From: Pocillopora damicornis
Taxonomy: Eukaryota
NCBI RefSeq assembly: GCF_003704095.1
Contig: NW_020845861.1
Location: 372,001 to 436,000, forward strand
DNA length: 64,000 nucleotides
Reading direction: 5' to 3'
The translations under genes were made by a program, and so were the position numbers. Positions 43,579 through 54,600 of this stretch are shown piece by piece. How positions within the stretch are numbered: the first letter of the stretch is position 1; each line of letters opens with the position of its first letter. The notes under the pieces are model-generated. The model ran no database searches. It saw only the letters and a program-made list of their open reading frames with translations, and was not told where the DNA came from.

Positions 43579-44532
43579 ATGGAGAACTCGAGTCTAACTT
43601 TAGCTCTAAATTCATCAGCGTCAAAATCAGGATGCGATGAATGGTTGGACATGATCTTTTTAGTGTTAGACGGATTATTATCAGGCGTAATTATAATCGG
43701 CAATGGAGTAACTTGTCTTATTCTCCTGAGAAACAGCCATTTCAGAAGCTGTTTTATGAACACTTTCCTCGTAAGTTTGGCTGTTGCGGATATTTTAATG
43801 GCTGTGTTTGTGATGCCGGGTGAGGTGATCTTTTGTACAAGTTGCAGCCAACCAGTCAGCGAATATTGCTGGCTAATCGGTTCCGTGAGATATTTTGTTT
43901 TTTCGGCAACGAAACTCAATCTGCTCGCCATTACCTACGACAGATACACAGCGGTGATGAGTCCTCTAAGGTACAACGCAAAAATCAACTTGAAGAAAGT
44001 CATCTCAATTCTTTCATTAGTATGGACGTTTCCCATGATTTTAACACTGAGCCGTTTAGTTTGGTGGATCAAGCTACCTCGGCATCAAGCTTTATACGCG
44101 GACCGTATCTTTAACACGTGTCTTATGTTCTCGCTGGTTACTCTACCTGTTGCTGTACTATTAGTTGCGAACCTCAGGATTGTATTGGAAATCAGAAAAC
44201 AGCATCGTCGAGTGAACACAATGGACAAAGCAAGCGTAACAGAAACTTGCTCAAGTAGCAACAATGCAAGCAATAAGCACAGACGGAAAACATCGCGTCA
44301 GGCGGGAAGAAAGGGAACAACGGCTTGTGTTCTTGTGGTGTTTATTTTTGTGATGTGTTGGTTTCCCAGGGGATTGTATAATACTTTCAGGCTGTTTGGC
44401 AAAGAAGGGCCGTTGTTGAGGGAACTAAGCCTGTTTTTCCTGTTTGTTCAGTCAGCCATTAATCCGTTCGTATACTCGTTTTACAGAACTGATTTTAGAC
44501 GTGCGTTGGTAAGACTTCTGCGATGTCGTTAG
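43579..44532 (+). CDS. Intronless class A GPCR, biogenic-amine/adenosine-receptor-like orphan, 317 aa
   Basis: Seven TM segments, with GN in TM1, SLAVAD in TM2, YDRY, CWFP in TM6 and NPFVY in TM7, plus N-terminal NSS/NSS glycosylation sites. Confidence 0.92.
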   Translation: MENSSLTLALNSSASKSGCDEWLDMIFLVLDGLLSGVIIIGNGVTCLILLRNSHFRSCFMNTFLVSLAVADILMAVFVMPGEVIFCTSCSQPVSEYCWLIGSVRYFVFSATKLNLLAITYDRYTAVMSPLRYNAKINLKKVISILSLVWTFPMILTLSRLVWWIKLPRHQALYADRIFNTCLMFSLVTLPVAVLLVANLRIVLEIRKQHRRVNTMDKASVTETCSSSNNASNKHRRKTSRQAGRKGTTACVLVVFIFVMCWFPRGLYNTFRLFGKEGPLLRELSLFFLFVQSAINPFVYSFYRTDFRRALVRLLRCR

Positions 44533-45237
44533 TCCCGACTTCTCTCCAGTCTCCTCCACAGCTGCTAATATAGTTGACATGACAGTGACACAAATTATTA
44601 CCCCCTCCAGCCCCCAATGACTCTTTTGCCTGAACAACTCTGTGTGAGTTGTTAAGGCAAAAGAGTAGCCCCAAGTTCAATCGTTGCAGAGAAAAGAGCC
44701 TACAGCACAACCACAGAGTTCCTAGAAACGTAGGCTACCCTAGAAGCAGGTTAAAATAGATAAGATAAAGATGTAGGCAAAATAAAAACATGGAACAATT
44801 TAGATCTTCTGAACATGTAGCTCTTGTTTGGTTTATTTATTCTCGGTACATTTCAAGATTCAAAACTTCGTTATGTATGACTCATTAGCCGGTTGCGTCC
44901 CAGCATTTTTTGCTGTAATGACGCCTTAATATCTAGCTAGCCGAAGTGCAGCTGTATTGTGAGATAACAGATATAGAAATTTGGCCGGACTTCCTGACAT
45001 TAGTAGTAAAAGAAAGGCGGTGCTTTAAAGACAATTAAATGGCTCCGCTATGACAAGGCTAAGTGGTATAATTTATTTAGCTGTTCTGAGGCTATAATTT
45101 AATGTGTCTGTGAATATTATTTGTCACCCATGAGTAAGTACTGGAACATCCATGAGAATTATTCCAAGACGTCTATTGCTATAGGCTCTTTGGCGTGCTA
45201 TGATCAGGAAATATTCGATTCTGTCTCCCTGTGAGCA

Positions 45238-45594
45238 ATGCCGACAGAAGAAATCAAAACTAATCCCAAATACCAGAAGCAAATTGACAAGTCTTTTGCG
45301 GTTATATATCACAACCTGAAACGGATACATGATGCCAAGCCAACAGAGGCGGAACAACTCGAAATTACGGACCCTGGTTCGTCGTCACAGCGTAGAAAAA
45401 ACCGTTCATATTCTTCGCCATCAGAGAGAACTCTCGTGGGTACGGAAAAAACATCTTTGGCAACGACACACCAAAATCCAACTCACTTCATGGTAAAACA
45501 AAGATCTCTTTCCTCCATGCAAGGTTCTAAAACAGAGGGGCTAAAGAACAGAAGAGTGAGTTTTTCAGTGGACACACTTACCAGTTTTAGATAG
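45238..45594 (+). CDS. Hypothetical 118-aa Ser/Thr/basic-rich protein with a C-terminal RVxF (KNRRVSF) motif
   Basis: Isolated ATG-to-stop ORF, more GC-rich than its flanks, with protein-like composition. No homology recognised. Confidence 0.45.
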   Translation: MPTEEIKTNPKYQKQIDKSFAVIYHNLKRIHDAKPTEAEQLEITDPGSSSQRRKNRSYSSPSERTLVGTEKTSLATTHQNPTHFMVKQRSLSSMQGSKTEGLKNRRVSFSVDTLTSFR

Positions 45595-47585
45595 TGTTTG
45601 AAATGGTACGAGACCCTACCAGACAAGGATCGAAACTTTCACCCGATGTTCTACACCGTTCATTAACGAAAAAGGTCCGTCCTTGGTTGTGGATTTATCA
45701 TCCTTTCATCTATCATACCTGTCAAGTGATCGCCATTTTCTGATAACTTAATGAAAGAGTTGTTTTTAAAGCAGGTTAGCGTTATTATTATCGGGACTGA
45801 TTTTGTGAAAAGATACGAAATGAGTGAGAAGTGTTTTTGATATTTCACCTAACTTTTTGAGGTTCTTGGTTAGATAGGACCTATGTATGTTTGGAGGTGG
45901 TAGATGGTAGATGCGCTCTTGTTCTGTCATTGTATATTCTGCCTTTCTTTAATGTTTAAATCGCCATTGATGTTCGAAGGGCCACCTCTTACAAGGGGCT
46001 CTGTAAACTGTATGGAAGGCAGGTTGAAAGTCTTGTCTTGGGGCATTACATATTTTGATTGCCAGACTGATCTTTGTATCATCAGTGCGTTGCTGCAGTT
46101 AAGTAAATCATGCCTGTAGTATATTTTAACGCCGACAAAACTCTCAGTGTCAGAAGAAGACCAGCTATTTACATTTTTTGCTCAAAATTTTACGATTATC
46201 AGTAAAAACTAGTCGAAGTCTGCGGAGCAAAAGATTCAAAGAAGCTTGAAGGAATGAAACGAACCCACGGGCGCAGGATCCACGTATTTGTCAAGTTCAC
46301 CTGACTCGGAAGCAGTCGTCATCTCTTTAGGCAGATCAACAAGATAGCAAAACCACGATTCATCATGGAAAAGCAATAATTTTCAAGCCTATATTTGTCT
46401 GCGGTCACTTTTTTTATATATATACAGGAAGCTGGGCATGCATTCCAGTGAACTACTATCGAAAATTCGAGCATAGTCAGCAAGGCAAGAGTTTATTTTA
46501 AGACCTCATTAGAAGCAATTAAAAGGGTCTTTTTTTTTTTTTTTTTAGTTTAGGCTTTTACCTTGAATACCTGGACAAACGTTTTTCGTGTATGCCACTG
46601 ATAAATCTAGGTATTGATCTCAAGACAAGCACAACGTAATAAATACGAGACTCGAGAGTGAAACGTTGTTCTTGTTGACAAAGTGCTGCTCATTCAACCA
46701 TCGTTTGTTGATGATCCTTAGCGGTGCGCTAATTCAGAGAGCGATTTACAGAGAAGCTCGAGGTGATAAACACACCTAAGCAAATAAAGATTTTAGGCAG
46801 TGAAAACGTGGCATAAAATCAAGGATTTTTTTTTTTTTACTTAAAATCATGGTTTTTATAAAGGAACTACCATCTCGGTGAGCGAACTTGCCTATCACGA
46901 CAACTGGTGCATATAGGTGTTGCTCTCTCTATTGTTAGGAAGACTCTCAAGCTAATGGCATTATATGAGTGTAAGTCTGAGAGGCATTGATTTGGCATGG
47001 GACCATGATAAACTGCACGTAAATTAGATAAAGCTCTGGATGGGTGAAACTTTCATGGATCCCGCTAAGATATACGTATAAATATTTTTCAAAGCATCGA
47101 GAAAACGAAGGATCGATCTGGAAGAGTATTGTTGTAGGATATAACCCAAGTCTTTTAATTGTCTTCTTTCGCATGAATAACTTGATCTAGATAAGAATAA
47201 AATTAATCGTGAAAATGAAAACATTCAAACTAGCCCCGAGGGAGTTTATTGATTCTTACGGATTCCGCAGAAAATAAAAATACATATTATCTTATTATTA
47301 TTATATATATAGATAGATATTTAAACATCCCTCTCCCATGAAGAAATTAGAGTCCAGTCTTTCATGCAGGTGTGGTAAATTCAGCCTTTGGCTGTTAATG
47401 ACGCCCAAAAAGGTCTTGAACTCCAAATAAAAACAAGCGAAACATTTGAGACAATAAAAAGCTCTAAACTGTTACTTAACTTAAAAAACGTGTGTCCACG
47501 TCTCTATCAATGTCAAGTTGAAGGTCTTTGAACATGATTGGTTGATTAATCAGACAAGGCATGCCGCACGTGAATACCTATGTAA

Positions 47586-47718
47586 CATTAGACATTTTGG
47601 CGTGTAGTATCGATGAGTATTTTCACGAGTGATGTCGTATTTTGACGAGCCCTGCGGGCTAATTAAAATACATAAAGGTAAAAGTACTCAGTGATACTAC
47701 ACACCGAAACGTGTAATA
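47586..47718. repeat. Palindromic interspersed repeat
   Basis: ttagacattttggcgtgtagtatc...gagtatttt pairs with aaaagtactc...gatactacacaccgaaacgtgtaa. Confidence 0.55.
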
Positions 47719-48671
47719 CGTTATTTATTATCCAATTGCTTCATTCTATCTTTCTTTTCTAAGCAAGCGTAGCCAACCTGTCAATCAGGTGTTTTTTTAA
47801 CGTTAAAGATAACCACCTTTATTGTAGCGCAGCGCCATGATTGGTCAAATTTCTCTGATCGAACTTTCGCCTAATGCCAGATAGATGTGCACCGCTGAGT
47901 TTTGATAATATTCATCTCGAAGTGCTATCCTTTTTAGTACGTTTGAGGGTCTTACATAAGAGAGAGAAAGAAAAGTTGTTTTATTTTATGTACCATCCCG
48001 CTGAAGCTCTTGAGCTCGTTTTTAGTATACGAGGTCCTCATTATCCCAATCTTGGGCCTTTAAAATTAATGTGTGGCACGTCTTTCAGAATTCGATCATA
48101 CAAAGATTGATTTTCTTGAAGGTTTCGTGCGCTGTTATCACGCGGCATCTATACCTTAATGAAATTTATATCTTCATTCCGTTTCTTATCATCCAATCAG
48201 GATAAATGAGGGCGAAGCGGGAGGAGAAAAAAAAAAAAGACGAGAGAGGGTTTTTATCTTTGCATGTGCGTCACTTTCGCCTTGCCAAAGCTTCCCTAGT
48301 TTGTCATAAAGGAAAATTTTGTGACCCAGGCTTTTAGTAAATAAAATTATTATTTCTACTTGGTTCAGTATTTCCCAATTCTTATCAAGATAACTATTTC
48401 AAAATAGTTAAAACTCTCCCTATCATCGCAAACAATGAGTATTGACAGTCGAACGAGTATAAGAATAGAATATCAGTCTAACTTGAAAAACGATTTTTTC
48501 ATCATTTATCAATTTTTTTAGGTTAGCTCTTTATTTAAGGTTAAAAAAACAAGGTAAAAAACTTTCACTACATTTTTAAGTGTCGAAATTTTCATTAAAT
48601 TTTGAAGATACTTCAAATTATCAAATTCACGCCGTTATTTTACGCGACTGCTGAATATTATGATTACAGTT

Positions 48672-51600
48672 CTAGATGGTCAATAACTTCAGAGCAAACA
48701 CAGCCTCTACCATGTTATAAAACGCTTTCAAATCAGAGTAATCACAAAATTCCAAGTTGTACACGTGGCGACTTGTCGCAATCGAAGCAATGTGCCCAAG
48801 GTTTCCACTTTCATAACCTCCAACTCTTCTTTTTCGCCAGGTATACTTCAGGGCACTGGAGACGAGCCTTCCTGGCTGTACCATGCTAAGCTCTGAAACA
48901 TTGATTTTCATTTTAAGAGATTTTTGGTGCGCTCATGAATTTAAGAATAGGAAAAAGAATATATCCCATGATTCTTTATGTCTGCCTTACAAGAGATGCT
49001 TGCAATTGAGTTGTGAAAGTAAATGTTTGTTTTAAAAAACAGACGCATATTCCATACGTGAATACCCTCAAAGCAGAGGTATCACAACCATCCCCTACAG
49101 TTTTTTCAAGTTTCTCTTAGAGAATAAAGGTACTCTTTGTTTGGGTGAAGGGCGACAGAATGAGGGTCAAGTGGGTCGGTGACTGTTAAGTGTCTTGTTA
49201 GAAGCAAAAATTAAACAACCTGACCTGATACTTCACTTGAGAGCATTTGGAAAACAGAAAATAGAGGATCAAGCGGAGGGACTTTAACTTCCACATGAAC
49301 TTATTTCTATGGTAATTATTCCATTTTCAAATCAGCTATCCCAGGATGACTTAAATTGATCATATTCATTGAGGCAATTGAATTCTTCCCGGGAGACTCA
49401 TACGTCCAGATCCTAAACTTATTTAATTTTGGAGGGATTAGACCTGTATTAGGGATTGGAGTTCATAGCTTGATCCCCTTTTGACTAAGAAGCATGTTTC
49501 CTATCTTGGGGAACTGGTCCCAAGAAAAAAATGTTCACAAAAAACGAAAAGATTGATAAAGTTGCGCAGGGTAAAAACGTATAGTTACCTTTCAAATCGA
49601 TGATCTTTTTAGCTTTCTCGTTTTGAATCACTTCTCCTTCGCCAGATTTTGATCTCAACTCAAGTTTGTGGGAATCTTCATGAAAAAATAGGTCTCCGTA
49701 ATGCGGCATTTTGTTTCCTAATACAACAGAAAGGTGTTAATTAAGCATTAGATTCAGACAGGATACCTCTATCTATCATCTGAAAAGCTACATTGAGGCA
49801 GATCTCCAACATTTTCAGGCCTTCAAAACCTAGACCATAGAGGTCATAATGGCAATGAAAAGAGGGGAAATTTGCATGGAGTCAGTGATAACTCAGGGTA
49901 AACAATGGGAAAAGGCGAGTGACAAAGTCTCTACAGTTTTCAGAATGATTTTCTAGAAGAGTAATGGAACCACCGAAAATCCAGCATGCCTTTAGACAAT
50001 GATTGTATTTGAGAGAAGAAAAAGAAACTATGCTTCTTCAATAAAAGTACAGGCGTTTTTCAAATCACCTTTCTTCGAGTGGAGGAACACGCCTACACCA
50101 CCGGAAAGTTTCCCCACGGCGCGTCTTTGGTTGAACGTTCTTGGAGGTGTAGGGAATTCTGGGAACAACATGCGGTAGGTGAAGGCCAGGGCTGTTGCTA
50201 GGATACCCCCTGTTACTTGGGCTTGTGGTAACTCACTTAAGGAATAATGATCACCAGGACAAACGAGTACTGTGGTACCTCCATCTACCAACTCGCTCCA
50301 GACTTCCTCGATGCCGTGTGACGTGGGATTACGGGGCAAAAATCTGCTGTTCTGGCATTTGAGGAAAGTGAGGGGACCTCGATAGCGAACCTATTGAATA
50401 TAAGGAATGCAAAAATGCAAATAAAGTTATTCTCCAATCATAATCATCTTTCTAATAAATTTATGATGTCCAATGGCTTGATACTCTTCTCGTTATGTAA
50501 ATTAAATTTGGACAACCTACTTCCTTACTGTAAGGATATTCGTTATTCCTTACCTCTGCAGGCTGCCATTCTTGGTGCGTCCTATTGGCAATGGTTTGAT
50601 TCCTCAGAAGAGCGTCTCTTAGAGTCCTTAAATCGTAGGTAGTAAGACCTTTAGTAAGACTTCTTTTCTGTAACTCATCAACGGTCCAGTCTTGACTGTG
50701 TGTCTCTCTCATTTGTCGATATTCGTCAACGGACATCTTTAAGGAGTCTACTGCAAGCTTTTCCAAATAGCTTTCGAATTGGAGCTGAATAGAGATAAAA
50801 AGAAATCTGTTAATTTTCTAATGGAAGTAAAATACTCGTCATGGATCAAATGTAAAGCTACAAAACAGCTGTAGACCAATTGGAACGGTTAGTTATCAAG
50901 TCAATCAGGACAGATCTCTAAAAGCAAAGGAGATATTCTTTCTCCTTTACCTCCCTTTGGGTTCGTAAATCAATGATCCAATGATTTCCACTAGGTTAAA
51001 CCCATGCATTAAAACTATGATTCATAAAGAAGTGTCCTCACGAGCCAAAGTTATTGGAAAAATCACCCCAAAAATCACCCAATGAGGTATACGTAATAAA
51101 ATATGTGTACAACACATAACGGAAAAAATCTCAAAAATGACTTATTTGTATTTCGAGATTTTAATTCAAAATGCGAAATTTTTACTTATTCTAATGACAA
51201 TAATTCGATGATATATATTGAATATGAATAATTTTGACTCGTCGAACAAACCTGAACATGTTGCGATGGCAGCCATCCGTCTTTCTTCATGGAAAATAAC
51301 CTGGTGGTTATGGTCCGTGAACGCGGTGACCAAGGAAAGGTGTCAATCATAGCAACGAACTCCACCCTGTGATCCTGTTCGGTCAGTAGGGAAGCCATTT
51401 CGTACGCCAAAAGTCCTCCATAGGAATATCCCCCGAGAAAATAGGGTCCATGGCGCTGTTCTTTGACGATTAGCTGAACGTAGTGAGCGGCAAGCTCACG
51501 TACTCCACCCCAGTCCTCACTAATGACCGTAGGGTCAGTAAAGCCCAGAGCATAAAAGGATACTAAGTCCTAATAATACATGATAAATGAAAAAATGCGA

Positions 51601-54600
51601 GTCACAAGATGAGATTTTCGAAAATTATGAAGTAAACATTCATTTTTTGAGGTTAGGCGGAAGTGCAACCAGCCTAACACCCCTTAGTGATATATTCGGG
51701 GGGACCAAAGGAGGAACCTCCACGGGACAAAAATTGTAAAATCTCTTAAGATTTGGGACGGAAAGCGACCTCGAGTGCGTATCGTTACTCCGCCATCTCC
51801 GCCATGAGATGTAGGTTACCATGAAACTGTAACAAAGACAGCAGAATATTCCTTAGCCATAGATCCAAATTAATGTAAGACGATTGATCATAAATAATAT
51901 CCAAATGATTATCGCATCACTGACCGCTAAAAAAGGGCTAAAAAATGTCAATACTTCTCAGGTATGTACCTGTCCTTGAAATCCGGTAGAAATGGGAACC
52001 AAATTCAACGCGTAGCGATGTGAAGGGTGCACACAGAAGAACTTTATTGCTGATCCCTCAGGAGTGTAAAGGGGTAAAACTTGGACCTCATTCTTGGAGG
52101 GTACCACTGAAGCATTTATATCCTCCGTTGACTGAGTTTGGTCGGGTTCATTTCCTTGGCTCTCGCTATTCTGTGGGCTGACTGATTTTCCACGAAGCCT
52201 GTCATAGATGTCATTGGCCATTTTTAGTGTGGTAGTGTCGGGCTGCATAAAGTAGAACACCTGAAACAAAATGTTTTAATTGTTTCAAGTTTAACATACA
52301 CGGGTAGATTTATCTGCATAAAAGATCGAATTGAACTCACTGCAATAAGCTGCTTGAATAGACCATAACTATTTTCTATACATGATGATTAAAGTAGCCT
52401 TTGAAAGGAAGAAACTCATGTGCAAGTTTGTCAAAGAACTTTTCAAAATAAGAAGCTTTCAGGAAAATTGGGAGCGTTTTCATTGACTGTGAATGTAAGG
52501 ATAAGAAATTACGTATGCGGACTTACGCGACTCTCTTATATCTATCATAGGAGGAAATTAGAATCCAGTTTTTTTTATTCATCTTATGAAATACCCACCT
52601 CAAAAGATACCTGCAAGTTCGATTCAAGCAGCATTTTCAAAGTCAAAGCTGCAGTTGAGTCAATACCGTAGCTATACAAGCTTTTGTTTAGATCCGTCTC
52701 TGAAGAAGATGAACTGCCTGTCAATTCCGCAACTGACATGCGAACATACTCAAGAATAAGTTCCCTTTTCTTTTCGGGATCCTTCTCTAAGCGATTTTTT
52801 TGCAGTAAAGACTCTGCTGTATTAGTTTGGCTATCAGAACCACTGGTTTCTGTAGTAATCATTGCGAGTCGGGAAGTCTTCTGTAGTCCGGTATTACTTT
52901 TGATAAATCGAGGCCAGTCCACACCAAATAACGAGATCTGCGGGCGACTCGGCTCCTCGGTTAAGACCTTGGCCATAAGTTTGACTCCTGCAAAATTAAT
53001 CAAAAAATTGGTCACGAGAACTACAAGATGAACAAAATTGCTCTGGTGCTACTGTAAATAGTATAATAGAGGAAAAGGCAAGATTTCGCGGAAGAAAAAT
53101 TCCAGTGAATCGCTCGGTAAATAAAGTTATCTACTGATGGTAAGTCCTTTCCTGTCGGTATCACCACCAAAGCTTGCAAAGAAGCTGATTTGTTCTTATC
53201 GGCTCACCCTCCAGCATGAAGATCAGTGAGCTTACATATCCCATCACACACATTACACGTAGTCGTGCTCATTTTCATTTGTTTTGACTATTCTAGGCTC
53301 ATTTTGTTCTGTTTCTAGCATATTACAATTTGATCATGTTACTGAAATAACATTTTACCATCTTTGGCATTTATGAAGCCCAGTCCGCCTACTGCCATCA
53401 ATTTTGTAAGAGCACTCTGCCGTTCCATCACGCCAGCTCCACTTATTGGTCCCCAGTTTATCGAAAGTCCGGGTAGACTGAGCACTCGTCTTCGATACTG
53501 GGCAAGAGAATCTTGGAAGGCATTGCAGGCGGAGTATGATGATTGACCCATGTTTCCTACGATGGATGCCATGGATGAGAACATAACGAAGAAATCAAGA
53601 TCCATCTTCAAGCTCATTTGGTGTAGCAAGTAGGAACCTAAAGAAAACGTAGCACACTGATGATCTTGATTTAATTCATAGCTTGGCTATGACATGAACA
53701 GCGTTACCCTGATGATATTTCTACACAGCAACAATTCAAACAAATGAATTTAAGTAACTTTACAAACTCGAAAGTGATAATGTTGTTTAAGTGTCTTTAA
53801 TTTGCATTTTTACAGACAAGCTAATTTCGGATTCTCGTCTAGATTGATTTACTTATGTTAAACGGGTTTGTTTGTGAGGGTTAGGTGCACTTGCCTTTTA
53901 ATTACGTTTGTTTCATATATTTACTGAAGGTGAAATAGAAAACAAACACAGAAAAGAAGGTAAAGTAGTATTACTTGAGGTGTCAGACCTGTTGTAAGGT
54001 GTTAATCAATATATTCTTGGGTCGAAAGAAATGGTTTAAGGATAATAAAGTATGATAGCAGGCATGACATGCACCTTTAATCTTAGGATCCATGACATCT
54101 GTGAAACTTCTAAATGACCAATCTTTGATAAATTCATCTCTGAGAACCATGGCAGTATGTACTATTCCAGCCACACTTGGAATAGAGTCTAGCTGCTCTT
54201 TTAATGACTGCATTTGCTCTTGGCTGGATATGTCAATCTATAGCAACAAAAAAGAAAACTGTGAAATCCATGAGATAAAATGTGCTTTACTTTCTGGACA
54301 TCACACAACGTGAGCTTATATAGCATTTCTTATAAGGGAAATGTAATCGTAAAAATGTTGCAGCAAGTGAAAATTTACTATGGCAAACATGCCATAAATT
54401 ACCTGGAAAATATGAAACTTTGCGCCTGTCTTGGTCTCAATACCTCGTACTTCTTGATACTCGGCATCTGAGGGCTTGGAACGACCAATCAGTCNNNNNN
54501 NNNNNNNNNNNNNNNNNNNNNNNNNNNNNNNNNNNNNNNNNNNNNNNNNNNNNNNNNNNNNNNNNNNNNNNNNNNNNNNNNNNNNNNNNNNNNNAATCAA

